Below are positions 17,999 to 26,959 of a stretch of 64,000 nucleotides of DNA, in pieces. The translations under genes and the position numbers were made by a program. A model generated the notes under the pieces. That model made no database searches. It saw only the letters and a list, made by a program, of their open reading frames with translations, and was not told the origin of the DNA. Every line of letters starts with the position of its first letter. The stretch's first letter is position 1. The stretch lies in the IMG/VR virus record IMGVR_UViG_2896850075_000002, one strand, 5' to 3'. The DNA comes from a virus.

Positions 17999-18553
17999 CT
18001 AAGATTTAAATGCGTCGATCATTGCTTGGGCGGGATCTGGATCTTGCGGGCCACTCCCACCGTTTGGTTCGTAATGTCCCTGCTTACCTTCGTCGAACAA
18101 ATAGCCATCGGACTTTTTAAGCGCTGCTAACTGATCATCGACACCTTCAAGCTTGCCATCATCGGTTAGCTTCACCTTATCCATATCAAGCAAGCCCTTG
18201 ATGGCTTTAGGGTTACGTACTTTAGCACCAGTCAGCGCCGTATTCAATGCGCCGTTCAACTTGGTTTGGTTAAGCTGAGCGGTCAATGCTTTAGTGTCCT
18301 CATCATATTTGGCTTGTAAATCAGTGACTTGCTTAGTCAACTCTTCGTTATCCCCTAATTGCTTTTTAAGGCCCTTCAAATCCTTATCCCGGCTAGCCAC
18401 GTTACCTTTTAAAGTTTCGTTTTCTTGTTGCAAGGCTTCAATGCCAGTACTGGCTTTAACCTTGGCGTTTTCGATATCCTCGCCGTTGATATCCATAACA
18501 GCCTTGATTTGTTCCTCGGTAAGTTTCAGTTCTGTTAGTTTTTCACGTTTCAT
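17999..18553 (-). CDS. Capsid scaffolding protein (GP20 family)
   Basis: MKRE.L.EL.L.EEQI, A.NPKAIKGLLD, LKKSDGYLF. Confidence 0.9.
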   Translation of the reverse strand: MKREKLTELKLTEEQIKAVMDINGEDIENAKVKASTGIEALQQENETLKGNVASRDKDLKGLKKQLGDNEELTKQVTDLQAKYDEDTKALTAQLNQTKLNGALNTALTGAKVRNPKAIKGLLDMDKVKLTDDGKLEGVDDQLAALKKSDGYLFDEGKQGHYEPNGGSGPQDPDPAQAMIDAFKS

Positions 18554-18569
18554 TTTTGTTTTCCTCCGT

Positions 18570-18640
18570 TACGCTTTTTGTACGTGGTTGCACCACCACT
18601 TGTGTAAAACAAAAGAACCTTTTTACGTCTTGTTCGGGAC
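18570..18640 (-). ncRNA. Putative cis-regulatory tandem pseudoknot RNA upstream of the scaffold gene (GP20-motif-like)
   Basis: Two hairpin-GTA(C)AAAAAG units whose loops can pair downstream (GAAC/GTTC, TGC/GCG). Confidence 0.5.
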
Positions 18641-18651
18641 AATTTAGGTAT

Positions 18652-18682
18652 AAAAATAGCACTCAACCGGTGATGGAGTGCT
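18652..18682 (-). terminator. Intrinsic terminator after the MuF/small gene pair
   Basis: AGCACTC/GAGTGCT stem followed by ATTTTT. Confidence 0.7.
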
Positions 18683-18700
18683 GGTGGAACTATCTATTGG

Positions 18701-18955
18701 TTATTGCCATTCAATTTTCACATTCCAATGATCTTCGGTGATTTTACGGGCCTTGTCCAAACATTCCTGAACATTAGGCGCATACTTGTAATAACTATAT
18801 TTAATCTCAGCTGTAAAATTATTTACTTCTAAATTGTTACGAAAGGATTCCATTTCAGGTGAATTATAGTCAATACCCGCAGCTTCTTGCTGTTCATTAA
18901 ACCGATAGTATAGGAATTCTCGAACATCTGGGTTGATCTCATTTATTTTCATCAA
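18701..18955 (-). CDS. Small protein coupled to MuF; candidate immunity protein
   Basis: 84 aa, start overlaps the MuF end, followed by a terminator. Confidence 0.55.
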   Translation of the reverse strand: MMKINEINPDVREFLYYRFNEQQEAAGIDYNSPEMESFRNNLEVNNFTAEIKYSYYKYAPNVQECLDKARKITEDHWNVKIEWQ

Positions 18956-20609
18956 TAATTCCCACCTTTCCTCGATTCAATACGACAAACTTATCACCAT
19001 TTGAATTATACCACCCATCAACGCCTAAGCCCATTGCAACGTAATCGAATAACATCTCGCCAACCAGTGGCTGTACTTTCTCTTTAATTCCATATATTTG
19101 CATTTGTTTTTGCAATGCAGCCTGAAACTCAAATTGATTTACGATAACGCTATCCGCTGCCATTGTACCAGTGACAAGTTCATTAGGCGAATAGCCATAT
19201 TTTTTGGTAGTATACTGATAATCTGCACCAAAATATATTCCCCGTCCATTAAGAGAATTGTTGGTTGTCGAATACTCCAGCGGACCCCGCAACAATTGCT
19301 GCTTTCGATCAGTATAACGATAAATTTTCGCACTATCAGGAATTAGTAGCGAATCCTTCCAATTAATAATAGTTGGTTTAACATCATAGCCCAGTTGGTG
19401 GGCATAGTCCAACATATTTTGGCGGTAGGCACCATGATAAATATCGTCCGGTACGTCTGGCCTTTGCCGTTCAACCTGAATTATCATGCCTTCAAGCTGA
19501 GCAGCAGTTAACTCACTGATACGGGCAATCGGCTTCTTACTCAACATTTGAGTAATGTCACCATTATTCCAAACCCTGTTGGCAGTTCCATATTCCTTCC
19601 ACCAATCAGCATAGGTAGCATTCTCAATTAACTTACCTTTACCAGTCTCAGGATCACGCATCCAACGTTCACCCACATCGGGTAAATCCGCAATCCACGG
19701 TACTGTCGTACAGCGGCACCGAGCGTGGATCAAGGGGTAGTTAATGCCAACTCGCCGGTCTTTCATCGCAAAATGTTGACCGTCTAACTTAGCGCATATG
19801 TTACAAGTATGACTTTCAAGCGTTGCCATATATTCGTAAGCATCAATACCGCTTTCTTCGTAGCTCTTAGCGGTTGCTTCTTCTTGGATATGGCCTAATT
19901 CAGATTGCACCAGGTTATGAATCTGATTTCGCTTCACATCTTGGAACTGGGCGTGCATTCGTTGGGCAACTTTATCAACGCCCCAACCCATCACAGTTGC
20001 ACGAAACAGCGAATCCATTAAATAACTAGGCAGTTCTTGCTGATAGTTCCTCCAAATCCGTTGTGAGAAGTCCTTGCCATCTTTAGCCCATGGCCGAGAT
20101 ACCACTGTTTGAAGCTGGGCCTCATTGAAATGAGCGAAATCCGAAGTAAACGCGCCACGCTGTTGCTGAACATTAAACGTAGTCCGCATATAAGTGTCTT
20201 CATATTGCTTCGTCAACGCTGTTTCCATACTGCTAGCATGTTTCTTGGCTAGCCCACGGGTAAGTTTACGCATTTGGTCTTCAAGCGCTGACAGACGCGC
20301 TAAGCGGCTCTTATAATATTCACTGTTTAACTCCTGTTCATACCCTCCAGTCTTGGCCTTAGCTTCGAACTGCGCTAGCGTATTCTGCCAATGTTTGGTC
20401 TTGATGCCGTCCAATGCCTTAATGGCTTGATCAGAACTTAACCCCTCATTGGCGGCATACTTATCAACCCATGAGCTGGCTTCCTTGGCAATCTCACGGT
20501 AGGCGCCGTTCAATCCGGGTTGCAGTGCCTTCTCATAAGCTTGCGTATTCTTGATTGCTCGCTGCTTAACGCGCAAATGACGCTTCTCCCAATAACTAAG
20601 TTTGGTCAT
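18939..20609 (-). CDS. MuF/SPP1 gp7 minor capsid protein with C-terminal ART-like extension
   Basis: MuF motifs (ATLESHTCNICAKLDG, YPLIHARCRCTTVP) plus about 210 aa extra C-terminal domain. Confidence 0.88.
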   Translation of the reverse strand: MTKLSYWEKRHLRVKQRAIKNTQAYEKALQPGLNGAYREIAKEASSWVDKYAANEGLSSDQAIKALDGIKTKHWQNTLAQFEAKAKTGGYEQELNSEYYKSRLARLSALEDQMRKLTRGLAKKHASSMETALTKQYEDTYMRTTFNVQQQRGAFTSDFAHFNEAQLQTVVSRPWAKDGKDFSQRIWRNYQQELPSYLMDSLFRATVMGWGVDKVAQRMHAQFQDVKRNQIHNLVQSELGHIQEEATAKSYEESGIDAYEYMATLESHTCNICAKLDGQHFAMKDRRVGINYPLIHARCRCTTVPWIADLPDVGERWMRDPETGKGKLIENATYADWWKEYGTANRVWNNGDITQMLSKKPIARISELTAAQLEGMIIQVERQRPDVPDDIYHGAYRQNMLDYAHQLGYDVKPTIINWKDSLLIPDSAKIYRYTDRKQQLLRGPLEYSTTNNSLNGRGIYFGADYQYTTKKYGYSPNELVTGTMAADSVIVNQFEFQAALQKQMQIYGIKEKVQPLVGEMLFDYVAMGLGVDGWYNSNGDKFVVLNRGKVGIIDENK

Positions 20610-22026
20610 CGTCCTCACCGCCTAGCTGGTCGTCAGCATCTGGATTACCGTAGCCATCTTGCGCCACAATATCATCTTGCCGATTCTTCAACTCTTCTTG
20701 CCAGTCATCGACAATTGGATTGGCCTTAGCAACAGCCTCATCACTAGAATACTGGGCGACCTGCGCCACGACCTGAGCTTGCTCCAAGCTATTCTGGATA
20801 GCTGTGCGAGTCCACGTCTGACTAATTGGGCGACTGTCAGCATCACTAACACCCAGCCAGCCCATAATAGCCCGCACAAGCTCGCTAAGTGCATCTCGGA
20901 AATAAGCTTCAGTGTTAGACGCTTTAAGTTCAAGATGCCCATATAATGCACGAATAGCCGTTCCAGAAGCATTTCCGATTGCTTTAAAATCTGTCGGGTT
21001 AATGCCCTGCCCATCTACGAATATCTTGCTGTCAGTACGGTTCAAAACGTTGTCCCGAGCTTCAACTGGAATGTCGATAGTCAACTTGTCAACGCCAGAC
21101 TTATCACTTGGGCCGAGGTTATCCATCTTAATCGCTTTGTCCTGCTTTAAGGTTTTCATAAACTCTGACAAGTCGGTGCCACCATAATTGGTAAGCACTA
21201 AAATAACTTGTTGTACGTCGTTAATGTCGTTCACGAAGCCGTTATAAACGTTATCGAACACATCGATGAACCCCTTGACCTTCAACAACTCTGGGCGTTG
21301 GTCCTTGTTTTTAGGGAAGGCAATAAAGGGTACCCGGCCAAACCCATGGTCAAATACGGCACCAGCACCCACTTCATCACCAGTTGATACATCATAAGTT
21401 GGGAATCGGTCGTCAATCGTTTCCAGATCACTATAGTCTGACAGCTTGGACTTAAACACTGTTACATCTTTAGCCGTCCAATATTCGTGAACATTGAATT
21501 GCTTACCGGTATCTGGGTCCAGCTCTTTGTAGCTACGCCGCACTGCCAGTAATTTACGATCGAGGTCACTGCTATAAATGGGAGTAACCTGATCAGGCGG
21601 CACAATACCATAACGGAACTGCTTGTCATCATCAATCCAATAATGAAGCCAACCAACACCAGCATTACTAGCATCAACTACTAACTGATTCAGACGCAGG
21701 TTAAAGTTGTCGCCTAACGTATTTTTGATTTTATCGTTAAGATTGTCGTCCTCAACGTCAATTGCCGGTGGCACCGTTGCAAGATAGCCCGCTTCCTGAT
21801 CAATTAATAGCTGAGCATAATTACTACTAACCCGGTTATCAGCATGACGTAATGGGCCGTCCTCGGCTTCCTTGCCTTCTTCTTTAGTCTTAGACTCACC
21901 ATCATTTCGCAATGTAATATCATTTTCATTGTGGTAATAGCGCAAGGCTGTACTGTAGTGACGGTTAAACCGAGTTCGTCGCCCGTCGGTATTCTTTAAC
22001 AATTGGATCATCGCTTTTGTTTCCAA
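20596..22026 (-). CDS. Portal protein (SPP1 gp6-like)
   Basis: HADNRVSSNYAQLLIDQ.AGY, HGFGRVPFIAF, SGTAIR.LY..L..K. Confidence 0.95.
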   Translation of the reverse strand: METKAMIQLLKNTDGRRTRFNRHYSTALRYYHNENDITLRNDGESKTKEEGKEAEDGPLRHADNRVSSNYAQLLIDQEAGYLATVPPAIDVEDDNLNDKIKNTLGDNFNLRLNQLVVDASNAGVGWLHYWIDDDKQFRYGIVPPDQVTPIYSSDLDRKLLAVRRSYKELDPDTGKQFNVHEYWTAKDVTVFKSKLSDYSDLETIDDRFPTYDVSTGDEVGAGAVFDHGFGRVPFIAFPKNKDQRPELLKVKGFIDVFDNVYNGFVNDINDVQQVILVLTNYGGTDLSEFMKTLKQDKAIKMDNLGPSDKSGVDKLTIDIPVEARDNVLNRTDSKIFVDGQGINPTDFKAIGNASGTAIRALYGHLELKASNTEAYFRDALSELVRAIMGWLGVSDADSRPISQTWTRTAIQNSLEQAQVVAQVAQYSSDEAVAKANPIVDDWQEELKNRQDDIVAQDGYGNPDADDQLGGEDDDQT

Positions 22027-23270
22027 GGCTTGAAACCTCCTTTCCGCATGATTGACTCAATGGCATACCGAACAGCATCAATACTGTGGTCGTTACCATC
22101 GGGGTATTCTGCTTTTAATTCACCATACTTATCGCGTTCTAACTCATAGGCTGTGAACTCACGGGCAGCATTAGGACAACGCTCCGGATCAATAATGATT
22201 TCACGTAAGTCTTGTAGCCATTTGAATCCCTGGTCACGACTTCCCGGCCCCTTAATGGCACCAATCACCGGCAGCCCCATGTCCCGAAGTTCAGCAATCG
22301 TTCCGGGTGAAGCAGAATCACCAGTGATTGGCTTGTTTTCGGGATCATACGGTTTGATTAAATCCACGGCGTTCTGGTTCTTCAACCCAACCTGGTAAAC
22401 TTCTGCGTAGATGTATAGCCGGTGCCGTGCGACATCAAAAAAGACTTGCTCGTATGCCAATGGATCACTGGCAAAACCGAAATCAAGTCCTCGTCTTGGG
22501 TTATCAAATGTTTGTAATTCCTGTTCCGTAATGCGCCGCTTAATGATGTTGTTAAATACCTCAGCGCCCGTCCCAGTAATCTCACCGAGATACTCATGGG
22601 CGTACGCTTTGGGGTTATCCTCCTTTAACTGCTCGGCATCCGCAATGAACTCTTTACCAAGCCATTCTCTTGGAACACTAAGATAATCGGATTTATGCAC
22701 CAATGTATCGCCGCGCAGGCCTTCACTGTCAGTCACTTTATTCACCCAGCTATTCTGACTCGCTGGCGGATTGTAGCTATAAAAGGTGATGATGTCACTA
22801 CCACCACGATTAAGCGACTGATTCATAGAACGAATTTCCGGCCAGCCACCGAACTCATCAACTTCTTCATAGTGTTTAAACTTAGTATAGCCGTGTCTAA
22901 ACTTCTGTGATTTAATTTTACGTGGCTTATCAGCACCCTTAAATCGAATCTGCTGGCCAGTCGGCATATAAGTTAATACCATCGGACTAACAGACTCTTT
23001 CCAATAGTCTTCAACGCCCAATACATCGATGGCCCATAGATACTGGTCAAACACTGAATCACGCAGCGTGTTTGCAACTTTCCGTAGTACTACGGCGTTC
23101 GCTTCTGGGTCTTTCATGATTCCCAATACGACCTCAATTGAAACGAAACTTGACTTCGTTGATCCACGGCCACCGGACAGCCAATAATTTGAATGCCGAC
23201 GATGCTTAATATCAACGTGAAGATTGTAGAAAGATGTTGCTACTTTAGTCTTTAAGCTCACTCGTTTCAT
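22008..23270 (-). CDS. terL: Terminase large subunit (PBSX-like)
   Basis: GGRGSTKSS Walker A, YEEVDE Walker B, GLDFG, DHSIDAVRY. Confidence 0.97.
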   Translation of the reverse strand: MKRVSLKTKVATSFYNLHVDIKHRRHSNYWLSGGRGSTKSSFVSIEVVLGIMKDPEANAVVLRKVANTLRDSVFDQYLWAIDVLGVEDYWKESVSPMVLTYMPTGQQIRFKGADKPRKIKSQKFRHGYTKFKHYEEVDEFGGWPEIRSMNQSLNRGGSDIITFYSYNPPASQNSWVNKVTDSEGLRGDTLVHKSDYLSVPREWLGKEFIADAEQLKEDNPKAYAHEYLGEITGTGAEVFNNIIKRRITEQELQTFDNPRRGLDFGFASDPLAYEQVFFDVARHRLYIYAEVYQVGLKNQNAVDLIKPYDPENKPITGDSASPGTIAELRDMGLPVIGAIKGPGSRDQGFKWLQDLREIIIDPERCPNAAREFTAYELERDKYGELKAEYPDGNDHSIDAVRYAIESIMRKGGFKPWKQKR

Positions 23271-24081
23271 CTTCATCATCTCCTTCGATATTATCGTCAA
23301 TCTTAACGCCCTGTGATTCCTGCTGAGTTGTGTAAACATCAGCATACTTAGCAAGCGTCTCAAGCGCCTTCTGCTTATCATACATTTCAACCACGGCCTC
23401 ACCTTTGTCAATCCGGATTGACTTTACATTGCTCGTATCAATTTGATTACTATCTTCCAAGGTTACTATATTCTCGTAATACCACGCTTGCTCTCCTGTT
23501 TCTGGGTCAATATCAGGATCCATGCGATAGTGCCCGTTGTCATCCTCATAGGGACCCGTTTTATCTCTAATCTTAGTCCAACGCAAACGCTTCACTGTTT
23601 TAAAGCTAACCACATCGCGAACATCCGACTTAGACTGCTGGCGCAATTCAAGGATGATATCTTGAAGGTCAAAGTACAAGTCAGATTGTTGTTGCTTCTT
23701 CAACTCAGTCAACTGCCGTTTTACACTAGCATTCACTAGCATCCGACTACCATTCACATTGGCTGTATTCCAATCAACTCTGTAAGCCTGCTGGTACGCC
23801 CAAGTTGCATTAAATCGCTGTAAATAAAAGAGGCAGAACAACTTCTGCTTTTCAGTCAGCTCGTTGTTTGCCTCTAATTCATCTACTATTTTAGGTGCAA
23901 CCTTGGGTGCATCTTTTTTTCGTTTTGGTTGCACCTTTTTGATTGCAGATGCATCCTTCTTCCAGCCGTCGCGGGTACGCCACGATTTGAGCGTATTGAC
24001 TGGCACACCATACTTAGCTGAGATGTCTTTGTAAGCCATCCCTGAAGAGTAATCCCTACCTGCCTGTTTTCGTTTATCCAT
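23245..24081 (-). CDS. terS: Terminase small subunit
   Basis: N-terminal HTH (YKDISAKYGVPVNTLKSW), LTEKQKLFC..Y..FNAT.AY, YDKQKALE.L. Confidence 0.92.
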   Translation of the reverse strand: MDKRKQAGRDYSSGMAYKDISAKYGVPVNTLKSWRTRDGWKKDASAIKKVQPKRKKDAPKVAPKIVDELEANNELTEKQKLFCLFYLQRFNATWAYQQAYRVDWNTANVNGSRMLVNASVKRQLTELKKQQQSDLYFDLQDIILELRQQSKSDVRDVVSFKTVKRLRWTKIRDKTGPYEDDNGHYRMDPDIDPETGEQAWYYENIVTLEDSNQIDTSNVKSIRIDKGEAVVEMYDKQKALETLAKYADVYTTQQESQGVKIDDNIEGDDEDETSELKD

Positions 24082-24127
24082 TACATACCACCACACCCTG
24101 CTTTCTATTGATTTTATGTATTAAATT

Positions 24128-24658
24128 CTAACTTTCGTTGGTATTTTGGGGTTCAGCATCTAAATACCATTGTAAATTAAAATTTTTTATTTTCTTTTTC
24201 ACAGACTTTCCTGATCGCTCAGTAACGACAATCAAAAATCCTAACATCCCATAATCTGTCTCGTGCTGTTCACAATATGCATCTAAGTTCATTAAAAATA
24301 AATCACGTGACATACAAAATTGATTTGTTTCTCCCGGAACTAGACTGGCACCATATTTTTCATTTTGGTACATCTTTCCATGTGAAGAAATAATTAATCC
24401 CGTTGTATCTTTCCATGGTTGACTTGGCATGGTAGCAAAAAGCATCACCTTATCGATTTCGGCAATCTTTTCAGGCGACTTGTTAGTTACTAAAACAGGA
24501 ATTTCAAATTCTTTTTTACCTTCAACAGCCGTTAAAGAATTATGGAAAGTTATCTTTAACCTAACCTTTTTACTCCGTTTAGACTGATATATTGTGTAAA
24601 CTAGCACCAATGCTCCTACAATTCCTGAAAACCATTCCGCCAATGAACCTATTTCCAT
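24128..24658 (-). CDS. Moron: membrane-anchored hypothetical protein
   Basis: AT-rich, N-terminal TM helix, own SD and TG-TATAGT-like -10. Confidence 0.7.
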   Translation of the reverse strand: MEIGSLAEWFSGIVGALVLVYTIYQSKRSKKVRLKITFHNSLTAVEGKKEFEIPVLVTNKSPEKIAEIDKVMLFATMPSQPWKDTTGLIISSHGKMYQNEKYGASLVPGETNQFCMSRDLFLMNLDAYCEQHETDYGMLGFLIVVTERSGKSVKKKIKNFNLQWYLDAEPQNTNES

Positions 24659-24820
24659 CACAATCTCCTCCAAACTAATATAACTATACAAAAACTCCCA
24701 CCATTAAGCGAGAGCTAGTTTGAAGGCATGCTATTAGTTTAAATTCATTCTCTTTCTTTTCTCAGTTAAATCCATATCACTAAAAAGCTTGATATATCAA
24801 TGATAGTTTGTTTTCCAAAT

Positions 24821-24841
24821 TAAAAGCCCTCCGAAGGACGC
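24821..24841 (-). terminator. Intrinsic terminator after the 96-aa moron
   Basis: GUCCU-UCGG-AGGGC followed by UUUU. Confidence 0.55.
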
Positions 24842-24847
24842 TAGCTT

Positions 24848-25138
24848 TTATTTGGTATTAGCCCTCAAAAAAGAAATTATTTCAGTGTTGCTGATAAACT
24901 CATGGTGTTCAATCATCGACCAAATTCCTTTGTCATTTTTTTGCCATAAATCAATTTCATAAACATTACGCTTACCAGTTGAGAGACGATTCATATAAGA
25001 ATTCCAATCAATCTTTGAATCACTAAACTTCATCTCAACTTGACGCATTAAGTCAACAAATATCTCCTTACTCGTTACTCCAAAGGACTCTCGGTCAGTT
25101 TTGTTCTCTAAATACTCAGTTATATCAATTTGGTACAT
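24848..25138 (-). CDS. Moron: 96-aa hypothetical protein
   Basis: AT-rich ORF with SD GGGAGTG. Confidence 0.7.
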   Translation of the reverse strand: MYQIDITEYLENKTDRESFGVTSKEIFVDLMRQVEMKFSDSKIDWNSYMNRLSTGKRNVYEIDLWQKNDKGIWSMIEHHEFISNTEIISFLRANTK

Positions 25139-25243
25139 ACCACATCACTCCCTATCTAATCCAACTATATATAAAGCTTCTACTATGTTATATGAGTAAG
25201 AGGCAGTTTCAAATGCTACATATCTGAAAACCACCTTAAAAAG

Positions 25244-26065
25244 TTAAACATTAGTAATATAAATTACATTATCCTCAACTTGTACCTCATACAAGAAATC
25301 CTTCTTAGCAGAATAGTACATATAACCGCTAATTCCCTTTTTACCCTTTTCTATTGCATCATCCTCCATGTAATCTCGCATATGTTCAGACATAAACTCT
25401 TGATCTGAGCTAGCATCGACCCATTTTGGCAAGGTAACAATCACCTGATTAATAACATTACAATTCTTGAACACTGTAAATTCAGTCCCTGTACCCAAAG
25501 AAGTGTTACCATCTAACTTATAGGTAACAAAGCTATCATCTTCACGAATCTTTGTCATTCCTTTAGGGTCAATAACGGAATGTACCGCATTCTTCTTTAA
25601 AGAATGTGTCTTATTGAATAAGAGATCTAACAACGTCAAAGTTATATCTTCTGCTGCAAAGATAACAAACCTGGCCTCGACGGGTGTTATAGTTTGTGAT
25701 CTTACCGCTGATCCATGTGAAACTGAAGTTAAATTTCGTAAATTTCCTATCTCAGTAACAATATCAATCACATTATCGAATACCGTTGGAAATTGTTCGC
25801 TTGCCGCTAACTCTGAACTCAAGGAGCTTAGTGTACCCTTGATTAATTTATTCAGACTAAGATACCTATCTTTATCAATATCCTCATCATTAAGTGCTTT
25901 ATATACCCATTTACAAGTTGATTCAATCATGCTTCGCGCATAATTAACAGATTCCCCGTAACGTTCCTCGTTATAGCTATCATTCATTTCAGAGTAACGT
26001 TCATCAATTGATGCTATTCCAAAACTATCAACCTCGGGCCTCAAAATTTCACCAGGATGTCTCAT
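25244..26065 (-). CDS. Moron: Abi_C/HEPN-like domain protein with an extra C-terminal domain
   Basis: AVNYARSMIESTCK...LNKL...IGNLRNLTSVSHG (R110-x6-H117). Confidence 0.75.
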   Translation of the reverse strand: MRHPGEILRPEVDSFGIASIDERYSEMNDSYNEERYGESVNYARSMIESTCKWVYKALNDEDIDKDRYLSLNKLIKGTLSSLSSELAASEQFPTVFDNVIDIVTEIGNLRNLTSVSHGSAVRSQTITPVEARFVIFAAEDITLTLLDLLFNKTHSLKKNAVHSVIDPKGMTKIREDDSFVTYKLDGNTSLGTGTEFTVFKNCNVINQVIVTLPKWVDASSDQEFMSEHMRDYMEDDAIEKGKKGISGYMYYSAKKDFLYEVQVEDNVIYITNV

Positions 26066-26246
26066 ATTTTCACCACATCTTTAATTTAATTGACTCAACT
26101 ATATCAAACCGCACTGTATTATGCGATTACGTTGTTTCAAATTTTTAAACACACAAGTATGTACCTGGCTCTCCTAAAAGCTCCAAAAAATGTCACCGTT
26201 AAGTGAGAACCAGTTTGAAGAACAGTAATCGGACTTTACCGGCTTA

Positions 26247-26276
26247 TTGTACCGTCATACTCTTTTCAGATATAAT
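26247..26276 (+). promoter_or_regulatory. Sigma-A-like promoter of the + strand moron
   Basis: TTGTAC-18-TATAAT. Confidence 0.55.
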
Positions 26277-26308
26277 GTAACTAATTAGTCATTCTAGGAG
26301 AAAATATC

Positions 26309-26878
26309 ATGAAAAAGATAATTCAAAAAATTTTAGAGAATTCATTATCATCTCTACTATGTACTGCAATAATTTGGCTTTGCTCAAATGCTGCAGTATT
26401 TTATATGTTTATTCCAAATAAATCCATTATTCAATCATTTTCCATTATTTATGATAATAAAATATGGATGACAATAATAATAATTGGTCTTCTTTTACTG
26501 ATAGCACGGTCATATAACATTCATCGAATAAATAAAATACAGTATTTCCCAGATTATAGTCTTATACCTCAAACTAGAAGTACAATTACTGTCAAAAAAC
26601 CGGGCGAAGTTGCATTCACTGTCTATCTTTCATACTCCTTTGATAACCGTATCTTTGTTCAAGGTATATCTAATCTCAGATGTCCTAAATGTGCACAGGA
26701 CTTGGTAACTAAACGAACTATCATTTTGGGTAGATATGAACATTTTTGTCCACAATGTAAATTTTCAATTACTAATAATTTCACTGATAATACATGGTCA
26801 CAAATACTTACCCGTAACTCCGAAACATTGTTTAACAATAAGACAACAGAACAAGTTAATGATATTATTAAGCAATAA
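26309..26878 (+). CDS. Moron: 2-TM membrane protein with C-terminal zinc ribbon
   Basis: Two hydrophobic segments, CPKC-x17-CPQC, very AT-rich, antisense to the late operon. Confidence 0.7.
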   Translation: MKKIIQKILENSLSSLLCTAIIWLCSNAAVFYMFIPNKSIIQSFSIIYDNKIWMTIIIIGLLLLIARSYNIHRINKIQYFPDYSLIPQTRSTITVKKPGEVAFTVYLSYSFDNRIFVQGISNLRCPKCAQDLVTKRTIILGRYEHFCPQCKFSITNNFTDNTWSQILTRNSETLFNNKTTEQVNDIIKQ

Positions 26879-26929
26879 TAAAAAGCTGTCGAGAAGCCTA
26901 ATCAATTTAGACTTTTTAACAGCTTTTTA
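26879..26929. terminator. Bidirectional terminator
   Basis: AAAAAGCTGT...ACAGCTTTTT. Confidence 0.75.
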
Positions 26930-26959
26930 TTTACACAATTAAAGAACCCACTCATTTAC

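Noticed and set aside
24082-25143. Shared 10-mer TACATACCAC at the terS and 96-aa gene starts
   Set aside because: Too short and partly constrained by SD/start context.
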